Made by a program: the position numbers and the translations under genes. This document shows positions 27,601-42,600 of a DNA stretch of 64,000 bases, piece by piece. How positions within the stretch are numbered: the first letter of the stretch is position 1; every line of letters begins with the position of its first letter. The notes under the pieces were generated by a model, which saw only the letters and a list, made by a program, of their open reading frames with translations, was not told the DNA's origin and did no database searches. This DNA comes from Lytechinus pictus. Its lineage: Eukaryota. Location of the stretch: assembly GCF_037042905.1 (NCBI RefSeq), contig NC_087252.1, forward strand, positions 1,490,001 through 1,554,000, in the 5' to 3' direction.

Positions 27601-30600
27601 GTTCCAAGACTCAATTGCTAGGCATACTACATAGGCTTTCGCATCCTACCGGGTACCCATTTAACACCTGGGTGGAGAGTGGCAAATTGTGGATTGAGGC
27701 CTTGCCAAAGGACGCTAGGCCATGGTGGGATTCGAACACACGACCCTCTGATTACAAGGCGAGAGTCAGAACCGCTACACCATGGAGCTTCCACTGAATG
27801 AATGGATGAATGGATGAGTGAATGAATGGATGAAGGAATGAATGAATGAATGAGTGAGTGAGTGAGTGAGTGAGTGAGTGAATGAGTGAATGAATGAATG
27901 AATGAATGAATGAATGAATGAATGAATGAAGGTACATGTATGACTGACTGACTGACTGACTGACTGAATGAATGAATGAATGAATGAATGGATGAAGGAA
28001 TGAATGAATGAATGAATGAGTGAGTGAGTGAGTGAATGAATGGATAAAGGAATGAATGAATGAATGAAGGAATGATATAATTGATGAAGAATGAATAAAA
28101 GAAAAGAAATAAAAAGTGAAGTAACAAAAATAAAGATTATACTGATCACAAATGATGAATGAAGTATCAACTTCCACATAGCCAGAAGGAAAGGAAAAAT
28201 CCCATTTGTGGCTACCCGTAAATCCTGGAAATACTTCCTGTATTTCCGTGATGAATTTGTACTTTATATAAATACCAAAGTTAACAAATATTTGCTTGAA
28301 TCACTGATGATGTCACAATGGCCCTTGGTCTTTACAGTTCACTTCCACTTTTGTTCTTGCTTATTGTACTGAGTTTCTATCTGAATCATTTATCAAATGT
28401 TTTTTAATTAATCCATGTACTTGTACATGGAGGGCTACAAACTCTTGGTGTTCATCAACCATGTATAATTATTTCATTTTTGTCTCGCCTGCATAGCAGA
28501 GCGAGACTATAGGCGCCGCTTTTCCGACGGCGACGGCGGCGGCGGCATCAACATCAAATCTTAACCTAAGGTTAAGTTTTTGAAATGACATCATAACTTA
28601 GAAAGTATATGGACCTAGTTCATGAAACTTGGACATAAGGTTAATCAAGTATTACTGAACATCCTGCCTGAGTTTCAGGTCACATGACCAAGGTCAAAGG
28701 TCATTTAGGGTCAATGAACTTAGACCATGTTGGGAAAATTATTTTCAAAATCTTAACTGAAGGTTAAGTTTTTGAAATGACATCATAACTTAAAAAGTAT
28801 ATGGACCTAGTTCATGAAACTTGGGCATAAGGTTAATCATCCTGCTCGAGTTTCAGGTCACATGACCAAGGTCAAAGGTCATTTAGGGTCAATGAACTTA
28901 GACCATGTTGGGAAAATTATTTTCAAAATCTTAACCGAAGGTTAAGTTTTTGAAATGACATCATAACTTAGAAAGTATATGGACCTAGTTCATGAAACTT
29001 GGGCATAAAGTTAATCAAGTATAAGTGAACATCCTGCTCGAGTTTCAGGTCACGTGACCAAGGTCAAAGGTCATTTAGGGTCAATGAACTTTGGTCAAGT
29101 TGGGGGTATTTGTTGAATTACTATCATAACTTTGAAAATTTATGGACCTAGTCCATGAAACTTTGACATAAGGTTAATCAAGTATTAGTGAACATCCTGC
29201 CTGAGTTTCAGGTCACATGACCAAGGTCAAAGGTCATTTAGGGTCAATGAACTTTGGCCAAGTTGGGGGTATTTGTTGAATTACCATCATAACTTTGAAA
29301 ATTTATGGATTTAGTTCATGAAACTTGGACATTAGGTTAATCAAGTACCACTGAATATCCTGTGCGAGTTTCAGGTCACATGACCATGGTCAATGGTCAT
29401 TTAAGGTCAATGAACTTTGGCCGTGTTGGGGGTATATGTTAAATTACCATCCTAACTCTGAAAGTTTATGGATCTAGTTCATAAAACTTGGACATAAGAG
29501 TAATCAAGTATCACTGAACATCCTGTGCGAGTTTCAGGTCACATGACCATGGTCAAAGGTCATTAAAGGTCAATGAACTTTGGCCATGTTGGGGGTATTT
29601 GTTGAATTACCATCCTAACTCTGAAGTTTATGGATCTAGTTTATAAAACTTGGGATATAAGAGTAATCAAGCATCACTGAACATCCCCTGTGAGTTTCAG
29701 GTCACAAAACCAAGTCAAAGGTCAGTTAAGGTCAATAAACTTAGGCCATGTTGGGGTAATTGTTGAAGTGCCATCATAACTTTGAAAGTTTATGGATAGA
29801 GTGAATGAAATGTGGACATGGGTGTAGTTGACAGTCTTAAGTCTCTGTTCAAATGTCATTTATGGTCAATGAACGTGGTATTATGTCATTATATGAATGA
29901 CGTTTTTGTGAATGATTATTTTATAGTAGTTTTCAAAGTTAGCACTGCTGCTATATTAAATTGCGTAATGCAGGCGAGACTGCCAGAGGCGTTCCACTTG
30001 TTTTAATTCCTTCTGGCTCTGTATAGATTCATTTTCTGGTCATAATACATGTACACTGCTCCAAAGTGGGATTCAATGTCATGTGCCTTTTATACATGGA
30101 TACATGGTGTCATGCTTGATCATTGACAATGCATTAGGTGGTTTCAAACCGCCTCGATCACAAGAATCCCCGTTGAATTACGAGATCTTTTTTAGGCTGA
30201 AAAATACCCATTAATTATTCCTGCATTCACACCGCCCTGAAACATACCCTTTGGGATAAGTTCCTGAAGTTACGAGCATGCGCAGTATGGTCTGATAAGC
30301 AGCAAGGCGCGAAATTCAAAATCACTAGCCCAGCAGCAACCCATGCACGGCGCCGCACCCAACGACACGCTGGGCTAAAAGTTCCCGTAATTTGCTTTCA
30401 GACCGCCAAAATACCCACGACCTTGGAAAAATCCCCGCGAAAGTTCTCGTAATTTCGCCAAGTACCTACTATTTATCGGGTATTTTCTTTCGGGGATATT
30501 ACGCGTAGTTTGCTTTCACACCGCCAAAATACCTGGTATTTTCTGATCGGGGTAAATTTCCCGATCAGAGAATACCTGGAACTGGCGAACTTCAAGGCGG

Positions 30601-33600
30601 TCTGAAACCACCTATTGATGATATTACATATATACTTTTTCAAAAGAAACCACCAAACTTTTCACGGTTGGTTGATTATGCTCTAGAAAGCCCTGCTCCG
30701 TGTCAACAGTGGCCCTGGGGATCTTGTGTTTTTTTCGTCTGATACACCCACCCGTGCTATCCTTCCATTGCACTGCCATAAATAGGATGAACTTTGCTAC
30801 TGATTCCTCTCAGTGCAGTATATGCTTTCCATTTTCTCTAAATGAACTACATTGGCTACCTGTTTCTGATGGAATACATTATCGAATACTTGTTCAAACC
30901 CATAAAATCTCTGTCTACCATACTACCTCCTTGCATTTCTTCATTATTTCAGCAACAAAGATCGACAGATCGTTCTGCAGCTGCTCCTTCCTATGTCATT
31001 CCAAAATCCAGAAAACAGGCCGCTTTCAACTCCTTTCAATCTCTTGCCCCCCATCTTTGGAACACTCTCCATCTCTTCGAAACTTTTCTTTTCTTGACCT
31101 CTTCAAAAAACATCTCAAAACACACTAATATAACCATAAACCTTAACTTGTCTTATGCAATCAACAGCGCTTTGTATCCTCTGGAAAAAGCGCTATATAA
31201 ATCCAATTAATATTATTTCACCTGTCATAGAAAAAAAAAAAACCATTTCACACCTGTCATAGGAAAAAAAAATGCTGACCATGTACATGTATATTTGCCA
31301 GTATGGAAACAGTAGGCATATTCAGTCCTCCTCGAAGCTCGAGAATACCTCTGAATCTCTGATTGGGGGTTATTGCAGTTAATAAAACAGTGGTTTGACT
31401 GAGAGAAGATCACTGTATTAAACAAATGTAAAGAAATAAACTGTGGTACTGTCAAGAAAGGAAAACTTTAGCATACATTTAGTTCCTCCAGCCAATTACA
31501 AAGTGGTGGGACTTGACTCCAAAGTGTATTCTACTCTGACAGTTAACATTCTTATTGGTCATTGATATACACTTGAGGATCAGGATCAGTATCAGGATCT
31601 CAACAGATTCAGAAAATCAGATTTAAAATCAACATTGTTTTATAACACCATGGGGGTGTTTCACAAAGATTGAAGTATGACTTTAATTAAGTCGCACTTA
31701 AATGCCGACGCGTACATGATATGCAACGTGCAATCTGATTGATTGATACATGGTAGTGCGCATCCCGTTCGCATGTTCTGACCAATGTGGTGATGTCTTC
31801 TATACCGTAAGCAACTGGGAGTTTAAGTGCGACTCTAAGTTACACTTAAATCTTTGTGAAACACCCCCCATATCTATATCTGTATCTGTTCTTGTTTTCT
31901 GTGAAACTAAAAATCTTTTGTTCACATACACTGTACACATCTACAGGACAAAGCTCCTGTTACCAAAGAACATGGAGGGACTGTTACTTCCTGGTATAGC
32001 TACTATTGTCCAATTATAAATGGAACATTATAGGCCCTGTCACATATCGTTCAATGCAAGCTTTGCAGATGAGTTGCAGTCACCTGCATCAAAGTTTTAA
32101 AGCATGTTCAAAACTTTGCTGTTGGCAAATATCAGACTTGTGGGCAACTGCATGCAAGATACATGTGGAATAAATGTCAATGTGGCGACCTGCGGGTAGC
32201 AAAAAGTGTCACCTCAAGTCACATGCATAGCTTGCACAGACTTTATATGTGACAGGGCCTTACAGGGCGTAATAAACATACATGTACCGGTACACATATT
32301 TTAATTGGTCTATGAAATGATTTTTTTTGTTTGTTTTTTTGTTTTTTTATTTCTCTCAAACAGTTGTGTCTCTCTCCATTACTGCTTAGTGCTACCCTAT
32401 TGAAGTAAAAAAGACAATAAAATATTGTTAATGAATGAATGAATAAAGCAGATCCTGAATGAGTGCGTTTTTAATTTCATAACTGTACTCTAATGATATT
32501 TAGGCCTATATTTAAAAATCTCACTATACAACTCCATGTACAGTAGGTTTTATAGCAAATTTAAAGAACGCTGACAATGGAATTGTAATTTTCATGACAA
32601 AAATAGTACTTTTCTCTTTGAAATGGCACAGACATTTTCTTGTTCCGCTCAAATCTGAGGCTTTCTGCATTGATCGTACATGTCTAGCATACAGGTTATA
32701 ATTGGTAAACAATGAGCAATTTGAAAACAGCTTTGTTCAATTATGGTACATGTACTAAAAAATTGCGTATCATGTGCCATTTCATGAAATCAACCTTTTG
32801 TTTGCATCCAACTGCGTACATGTATGTATGTATGAAAATACCCACTATTTCCGCATACATTTGTAATTCCGAAGCTTCGTTATTCCGAAGGTTCGGATAT
32901 TCCAAAGGTTCATTATTCTGAAGGTTCGTATTTCCGAAGGTTCGTAATTCCTAAGGTTCGTTAGTCCAAAAACGAAATGATTAACGAACCTTATTTCGTT
33001 TTCGGACTAACGAACCTTCAAAACAACGAACCTTATTTTGTTTTCAGATTAACGAACCTACGGAACAACGAACCTTATTTCGTTTTCGGATTATCGAACC
33101 TTCGGAATAACAAACATTCCGAATAGTGCCACAAATGTTCGGATTAACGAACCCTTTTACGTTTTCGGATTAATGAACATCGAGGTATAGGCAATTTACG
33201 TGATTCGGAATTACGAACCTTCGGAATAAAGAACCCTCGGAATTACGAAGTGTAACCACTATTTCAGGGTGTAATGTATTATCCATCAGCCGAAGAACCC
33301 TTGATAATGGAAAAGATTATTATTAGTTTTTTGTCTGCATTTCCTACCAGTAGAATTTTTGTTTGTATGAAATAATTTTATTTTTTTGGCCATTCAATAA
33401 AAAAACATTTTCCTGGTATATATATACAAAGTCATACGTTTGGTTGTGATTGTAATTTGTGATATAAGATAAGGCATCAAGAGTCGATGCATAGATCTAC
33501 AAAATTTTCTTTTTACAATTAAAATGTACTGTACATTGCATGATATTGTCAAGATGAAATAAAGAAAAAAATGTACAGATACAGATGTTCATTCAGTACA

Positions 33601-36600
33601 TATACTGAATGCAAATGCTGATTTCAAAATGCTTGTTTCAAAGACTCGAATCAAATCAGTTTTCAATAGTTCAAATAACATGTAATTCCATGATTAAGAA
33701 AAAAAAATGCATTAAATTCCTGATTCTGATTTTGATGTCACTGAGTTTTGCAAATTATTCCCTTTATTTTATCGATGATCATCAGGGATTATAAAGGCTA
33801 CCGCACACCTTACGACTGTTCGCATTTTGCTCATTTTCTGAAAATGGAATGGAACATATCATTTTATTTGAGGTTAAACTTAATTGAAAGAATACTAATA
33901 TAACCATTTTGAAAGATTGCAAGCTTTTATTTTGGAGTAAAGGCCAAATTAGTTTCAAATCGTAGCCAATCGTACGACTGCTGTGACGTCATTACGACTA
34001 GATATTAAATTCGCTTTTATTCTAAGAAGGATTATAGCATAGTCACAGATTTGAACATAGGTATTCGTACGATGACTTAGAACATTAGACAGTAAGATAT
34101 TCCAAGTCTCAATATTTGCATCAAATTCTACTACATTTTATTCTGAAATCGGGTCACAGACCAATCGTAAGGTATGCGGTCGCCTTAAGAGATACAAGAA
34201 CTAGAAATGAGCATACAGTGTACTGTACACTGTATTTTTATGTATTTAAGCTACTAACAACAAAAAAATCTAGCCTGAAGTACATGTATGACTATAAAAC
34301 CAAAAGTTAATAGTCATTCCAGAGAGAGAAAGCCATAACTCTACAGGAGACTATGATAGTGGTGTACAAAATGAAAGGGCACAATTATGAAAAAAAATCA
34401 GAACTTATTTCATTGTTTATGTTCAACAATTAACCTAATTATCAAAGATGTTTTATTTTGAACATCAATGAAATGATTCATGGTATGGTGACAGTCCAGA
34501 ATGTACTGGGCCGGATGAACTTAATGGCCCAAATTCACAAAGGTGGTTTTGAAAACCCATGGTTGAGTCCATGGTTTATGCAGAATTCCTGTATAAATTA
34601 CGCTTAATTTAGCGTGTATCGGGTGCCTGTATAAAAATGTCCAATGCTGATGCGCGCTTTTGTCACAGTGCGCCAAATTGACGCATGTTACAGTGTACCA
34701 TGGTTAGATACATGTAATATATGCTATTATATTCATGAGTCCACTGTTTGTAGAGTGGACTCATTAATTCAAAACAGTGGACTCATGAATAAAATAGCAT
34801 GGATAACCACGGCAACAGACGTCAATATGGCGCACTGACAAAAGCGTGCATCAGCATTGGCCATTTTTAATATACGCGGTAAAATAAGCGTAATTTATAC
34901 AAGGAATCTACATAAACCATGGACTCAACCGTGGGTTTTCAAAACCCCCTTTGTGAATTTGGGCCAATACAGGTGCGCCCTATAGTGTAATGTCATACAT
35001 TTGTTTGTTTCTAAACTCTTTTGAACATCAAACTTTTTTTACAGTATATTTTGTACGTTTTGTTTTCAACCCAGCTCATTATGATTTTGCATTTTTATTA
35101 ACACGGTAGCATAGCTACTCCATCAGTAGAAAAATATATTTTTACAAACACAAACAGATATTACAAAAGAAAAAAAAACATCACAACTACATACATGTAC
35201 ATGTATTAAAGACAGCATTCTGAGGTAAAATTAAAGGAAAGTATTATATTTCCATTGTACGCTACCATAAAAGATGACTTCATTCACAGTCTTGTAATTC
35301 AGCATCAATATGAATATAAAAAATAACGGTGTATTCCAGAAATATAGATAAGTTACAAGAAAAAGTAAAGATAAATCTTAAAAAGTAAAGAAATGGCAAA
35401 AATGAGAGGGCGGGAAGCAGGATGTAGCCAGAAAGAAGAAAAAAAAAAGGCATATATCAAATTATTAGGAGACATTTCCACTCACTCTTGATATACATGA
35501 TGTACTAGTATAACATTGTCATGAACAACACAACATTTTCAATATTACCAAAGAGTCTGTTATCAAAGAGCCGTCCATATTTGCTACCTTGACAATGAAT
35601 GGCTGATTGATGATCTTGTCCAATAGTGTCGGCTTCCACTTCCAGACAAAGGTTTATAAAGAAAACGTGGATTTAGGTTTGATTTACGGTACATCATGGC
35701 TTTCATTCCCATTTGAAATAGTAGCACTAAACCTAATGGAAAGAATTGCATTGTTATTGGAAAACTGAGAGAAAAAACATGATTGTTTTCATCAATTTAA
35801 CTCTACTTTTTCATTCGATTTTGCAGAGTGGATATACCTTGGTTGCATGATTATTGCATTATTGTTGCTGTTGTTGTTTTTTAATTATTGTTATTATTAT
35901 TATTATTATTACAAATATATCATCATTATCATCAACCCTCATCATCATCATCAACAACAACAACAACAAAAACATCATCATCATCATCATCATCATCATC
36001 CTCCTCTTCCTCCTCCTCCACCTCATCATCATAATTTTTCTATTATTTCTAGGTGAATTCAACCACCGTACATCACTATGTGGGCCATGTTTTAGAAACA
36101 AAGTTCTTCCCTTTTTTTCACATTATTTTTTTTTGAACTTGGGGAAGGTTATGACGACTTAATTTGGGGAAATCAATATTTAATGCACTTGTATTTCCAT
36201 GTTAAACAAATTTCGATTTCAAATGCTCGTGCACTTTACATGTATATTAAAATCATACATTTTTTTGTACATGTGTACAGTATTTTTTCTCAGAACCATA
36301 TTTTGTGCCACCCCTTGGCTTTTGTGCCATACACAGCATGGTGTACAAGAAAGCATTATGCATGATTAAACATGCGGGTCTGAAAAAAATACCTTTTTTA
36401 ATAATGAATGAATAACCATTGTCATGGGGCATTGTGTCTTTTGCTGAAATCTGAGAAAATGGTCTATTCATATATTTCCCCGTATGTTTTTAATAATAAT
36501 AGAAAAAAAAAACTAGGTCAGTGTTTACATATATATACTTTTGCTGTTGATAGGGTTCAAAATGTCTCTGAAAATCCAAATCTACAGTATATGCATGTAT

Positions 36601-39600
36601 AAAAGCAAATCTTACAATTACCTGTGCATGTATAAACTATACAACACATTCTATCCGTAAAAAAGGCTATGAAAAATAATATTATCCATTAATTGCCATT
36701 ATGGTATTATTTTTATTGTTATTATAATTTTTGTCTCACCTGCATAGCAGAGTGAGACTATAGGCGCCGCTTTTCCGACGGCGGCGGCGACGGCGGCGGC
36801 GTCAACACCAAATCTTAACCTGAGGTTAAGTTTTTGAAATGACAGCATAACTTAGAGAGTATATGGACCTAGTTCATGAAACTTGGCCATAAGGTTAATC
36901 AAGTATTACTGAACATCCTGCCTGAGTTTCATGTCACATGACCAAGGTCAAAGGTCATTTAGGGTCAATGAACTTAGACCATGTTGGGGGAATCAACATC
37001 AAAATCTTAACCTAAGGTTAAGTTTTTGAAATGTCATCATAACTTAGAAAATATATGGACCTAGTTCATGAAACTTATACATAAGGTTAATCAAGTATCA
37101 ATGAACATCCTGCTTGAGTTTCACATCACATGACCAAGGTCAAAGGTCATTTAGGGTCAATGAACTTTGGCCGAATTGGGGGTATCTGTTGAATAACCAT
37201 CATAACTTTGAAAGTTTATGGATCTGATTCATGAAACTTGGACATAATAGTAATCAAGTATTACTGAACATCCTGTGCAAGTTTCAGGTCACATGATCAA
37301 GGTCAAAGGTCATTTAGGGTCAATGAACTTTGGCCAAATTGGGGTATTTGTTGAATTACAGCCATAAATTTGAAAGTGTGTTGGTCTAGTTCATAAAACT
37401 TGGACATAATAGTAATCAAGTATCACTGAACATCCTGTGCAAGTTTCAGGTCACATGATCAAGGTCAAAGGTCATGTTATAACTTGCGCAATCTTCCAAA
37501 TGTTCAACTTGATGTTGATGGTACACTCTTTAGACCATCAGAAAAAATAAGAAACCTTGGTGTCATATTTGACTCCCGCATGTCAATGTCGTACCATATC
37601 TCTCATATCTGTAGCACAGTCACTTTTTATTTAAGGAACATTTCTAGAATCAGAAGGTTCATTGACCAGTCTGCCTGTCACAATGCTGTTCGTTCATTGG
37701 TTCTGTCTCGTATTGATTATTGCAATGGGCTCCTTTCTACAATTCCCTCTAATCAATTAATTCGTATTCAACGACTACAAAATTGGGCAGCACGATTAAT
37801 TTTACAGGTTTCCCGAGATCATCCTTCCCAACCACTCTTTAATTCTCTTCACTGGCTTCCTTTTAAACAGAGAATTACGTTCAAATTACTCTTGATTGTC
37901 TACAAAACACTGAATAAACAGGCTCCACAGTATTTAAGTAACTGCTTGAATCTGTATACACCAACTAGAGCACTTAGGTCGGCCAGTGATCACCTTCGCC
38001 TCACATAATCATTAACTCGTACATTAGCTGGTGACAGAACTTTTACAGTGTCGGCTTCAAAATCCTGGAACGACCTGCCACTAATAATTAGACAGTCTCC
38101 AACATTAGCAATTTTCAAAAAGTCATTAAAAACTCATCTCTTTCGTACTTTGTAGTTTTTAAAATATTACATTTAATTAATTCATTGTAAGCGCTTTGGG
38201 CCTAAAGGGAAAAGCGCAGTACAAATAATAAGTAATAATAATAATAATAATAATGTTAAGGTCAAAGAACTTTTGCCACGTTGGGGGTATTTGTTGAATT
38301 GCCATCATATCTCTATAAGTGTATTGGTCTAGTTCATAAAACGTGGAAATAAGAGTAACCAAGTATCACTGAACATCTTGTGCGAGTTATAGTAGTTTTC
38401 AAAATCAGCACTGCTGCTATATTGAATCGCGTGATGCAGGTGAGACGGCCAGAGGCATTCCACTTGTTTATTATTATTACTATGATTGTTGTTGTTAAAA
38501 TTATTAAATACATTTAAAATCTATGATAATAGTTATATTCTCCTTTTATGCAGTATGTCATGACCTTTTTTAAGGAAACTGTTTATATGAGATACAATGT
38601 TGCTACCATTGTCATAATTCTAAAATATTGCTTTTTTTTACATCCATCCTATGTTATCTTTTAATTGTAAGGATTTTATCAGCCAGTGATGTATGATAAT
38701 TGCTCTTGAAAAGAATTTATGATATGAATGAAAACATTTCAATACCCACACACACATGTCTTTGTATTTATAAATGTGTATCTGTTGAAATTGGTGGGAG
38801 ATGAACAGCTCATTTTACATGCATGAAATCATGCACCAACAGTGCCATAGCAACGGTACACGTTCACATCGACGACTAATACAGTAGGTAATACTGTACA
38901 ATCATGTAATGCATTATACATGTACACACTGTTCCACATGTAGGTGATCATCATCACTTCATCTCTGTGCAGTAATAATTGTGAAGTTGGGATGTCATGT
39001 TTCAAATGATAGTCATCACTTTTTCTCTTTTGGTGATAAAGATCAGCTGCTGTATTTCAGATTTTATTGATAATGCCTATCAAGCATAAAATGCAAAATA
39101 CTGTAGGACCATATTAAAGCCAAGTGTTAGAATTTGGCCTTGTATTCTTAAAAAAATGTTCTACTACTGTACAAGTCTTTTTTCTTCTATTCTGATTTAT
39201 ATGTAATGATTAAACAAAAATTCTTGATGGGATACAGTACTGTATGAGCTGAATTTCATGCCATGGACTTTTATACCCTTATTTGGCAAGAAAGAGGTTG
39301 CTAGAATTTCTGTTTCATTATATTGCCATGAAAACAAGGTCCAATGTGTGAAAATACCAACCATATGATTACATGTATGCTGTATCAGAATAAAAACTGA
39401 AAATATTTATATGCTATTTAATGTATTGGCTGTACAGGACTCGGGGAATAATTTTGCTTCACAAATTTGAATAGCATTTTTATTCATTAGAGAAAAGCTC
39501 TCAACTATTAAAGTATAAATATACAGTCTAGATGTAAAAATATATACAAAAGACTTTATGCATAGCAGTCTTTCAAAAATGTGGAGCAAATTGCGATGCA

Positions 39601-42600
39601 ATACCAGGAAAATTATTCCCTGGTACTGTATTTTACTGATTGAAAATACATACATGTACACTGTACATGTATGCTGTACATGTTGCATACATTTTAAAGC
39701 CAATTGGATGATCTTCAATGGATTATGAAAGTATGGAAATACATGTTTTATGTAAACACATGATGAGGTATTTATTAAAAGGTCCAGCATTTGAACTCTA
39801 TATCAGTTATTTATCAAATTGCCCAGATGATATCTTATAATATGAAATATTTGTAGATTTATGTTTGATGTTGGAGTCATATCATATGTGTTTTGACTTT
39901 TGTGTTATCTTTGGGCACTTGTACCTTGAACTTGAAGTTGGTATGTACATGTAAGCAAGGGGTCATGTTTATACCTTATCGTTTGAAAAGTGTACAGAAG
40001 AAAGAAAAATGAAGAAAATACATACATGTACATGCACATTATATGAAACAAAACGATAAAAGATGAAGGAAGATGCATCAATCACAATCAGTAAATACAT
40101 GTACAAGTAAAAAGGAAAATACATGTATATGTAATAAGATATTAAAAAAAGAGAGGAAGAGAAATAAAAACGTGGCCATTGTTAATGTTCCTTTTGCTCA
40201 ATTACTTGTAAAAGAAAATTATATTTGGAAACTTTTCTTGGCTTGTTGAAAAAAAAAGAGACAACCCCTATTGATGGTGTTTCAAAAAGCATCATCAGTG
40301 GTTCTCAATGACAAACTTGTTAAAGCCAATCAGATGCAAGGATTTCAGTAGCTTATAACCAAAAATCAGTGAAAATCTCTCACTGTTTTGTTGTATTGGT
40401 GCAAGAACGTCCTTAGCAAAATATTTCGGCAATGCATCGGTGCAGAAACTCCTTTACACAATGCACTTAACATGTATGTGCTACTAAGGGCGTTTTTGCT
40501 TGCATGCGATGAGTGAAAGTCTGGTGTTAAGGACGTTCTTGCACTGACACAACAATTTGTTTCTTGAAGTTCTTCCCTGGGCTGTCCCGTTATTATATTC
40601 TCACTGTGTTCCATTCCTTTTTTTTCTTTTTCTTCAGGAGGATGAATTGGAGCTTTTGGTATCTCACGATAGAGGTTCTTTCAGGACTGCCCAGTTTCCT
40701 TTTACTGTTCCAAACAGGGTAAGTTTAAACCCCTTCCAGTAAATCGGTGGTCCACCCCCAACCTGTGCTAAGTAATAAAAAGGTCAGGGCCCCATATTAA
40801 CACAAAGGTTAGTGATTAATCGCTAAATGAAATGGCCTATCAAAATAATTGTGACATTCACATTTTTTGCTCAGACTGACTAGGAACCAATCAGAAAGGT
40901 TCTTTCAAATTAGCGTTTCATCGCTAACCTTAGTGTTGCGGGACCCAGGTAAAAATAGTCAACATTTTCCAAGTGCCACCCTTTAGAAGAACCAGGGCCA
41001 CATCTTACAAAGTGGTGCGATAGGTTTAAATCAAGCTGAAATTGTGTTTAATCTAAAATTCCCATTTCTCAATTAGATTACTTGTAATTTGGGTTTGATG
41101 TGAATTTACCATTGTATAAAAACGGGACCAAGGTGCAGGCCTTCCGCAGCTCAGTGTTTCACAAAGACTTAAGTTAAATGCCTAGTTGCCAGCATTGTAA
41201 AAGGCATGACTGCATTGGTCAGATTATGCCAAGAGGACTCCCACTACTGCGTTATAATCGATAAGACTGCGCGTTACATGTCATGTACGCGTTGGCATTT
41301 AAGTGTGACTTTAAGTAATACTTAAATCTTTGTGAAACACCCCCCAGAATTGGTGAGAATAGATTTAACGTAGTTACTCTCTTATCTTTCAGGAGTTCTA
41401 CATTGCCGATGCGTCCGAGGAACAGGTCTTTGTCTGCGTCCATCATCAGAACCTACAGACCAATCTCTACATCTCTGAGGCTAGGGGTGTAGAATTCGCT
41501 CTCTCTCTCATGAACATCTCCTACTATAACCCTGAAGGTGTGGGCAAAGACACGTGGCTAAGGTATGCTGTAGACCTGGGGAAAATTCTACAGGGGCTCG
41601 GGGTAGCTCTCCCTCAAAATGCTCAAAAAGAGCCCTGGACATTTAAAAAAGAGCTCAGAAAAATCACTGCCATGTTAAAGCTTATCCAATGTAATTAATT
41701 TAGGCAGTACATTAGGTTGTAAGGAATAGCCCCCCAAATAAAACATGATACTAATATATAGTACATAATCAATCACTTTGACATACAGCTCTCCAATATT
41801 GATACAGTAGGAGAATGATACAGTGTAGATCTCTCTTTAATGATTCCACTGATGTACAAGGTCATACTGTAGATATGCTTGCAAATTATTCCACACTTTG
41901 GGACAAAAAAAAAATCAAAGCTAGCTTTATCTTTTCTTTTTGAAACAACTTTTGGAATATGTATTAGAATGAAATGTCTTCACTAGAACGTAGTCTGTAA
42001 TGGTGGCCTGTTTGGTGAGTATGGTAAACTAGGTATGTATTTACTGGTAAGGATTGTTTTAGATTTTGATTCCTCATTTGGGTGATTTCAAGTCCGGTGT
42101 TGGCCTTGGTGTTAGTGTTGAAATTTGGATCGCTTCCCCTAGCTCCAAAACTTATTCAGAGTTTGTAAAACTGATCCAGATCACATTATTGACATCTCAA
42201 CAACTAGTGAATAACTTTTCGGGACCATCCTCATTTTATGTTTGGTGTTATAATCGTGAGAAAATTGACCTAACACCAACACCAAAAGGTCAACACTGAA
42301 CTAGAAATCACCCAATGAAATTCCTAAACCGTTTTTTTTTGCAGCCGGTATGCCGATGAACCCTTTGCAGACTTCCACAAGGTTGACGGACTGCGTGGGA
42401 TCTATGCGGCCAATGTCCTCCTGAACACCGACTCCTCATCCTCTTACACTGCTGAGAACATGGCTACGTATGGTACCTTTGATAAGGGTGGAGAATGGTT
42501 CCCGGTCCCTGCTCCTGAGAATGATGTTGACGGCCATCCATACAACTGTAACCCTTTGGTGAGTTAGTCACTAGATTAGAGACTGAGCATACAATTGATT

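Noticed and set aside
27720..27794. tRNA genes (also about 14885, 20455, 24300, 26985, 45100, 51680, 62350)
   Set aside because: A/B boxes are present but each lacks a proper acceptor stem, and most continue into a SINE body; they are SINE heads.
27080..28179. HSFI-repeat ORFs
   Set aside because: Translations of the (TGAA)n microsatellite.
28477..30002. 160-190-bp tandem units as centromeric satellite or CRISPR-like array
   Set aside because: Bounded by HINE-type ends and present as three dispersed copies.
37484..38008. RT-related ORF as an active or novel reverse-transcriptase system
   Set aside because: Only the C-terminal part of an L2-type ORF2, 5'-truncated, with no catalytic YADD-type motif in the fragment and a frameshift.
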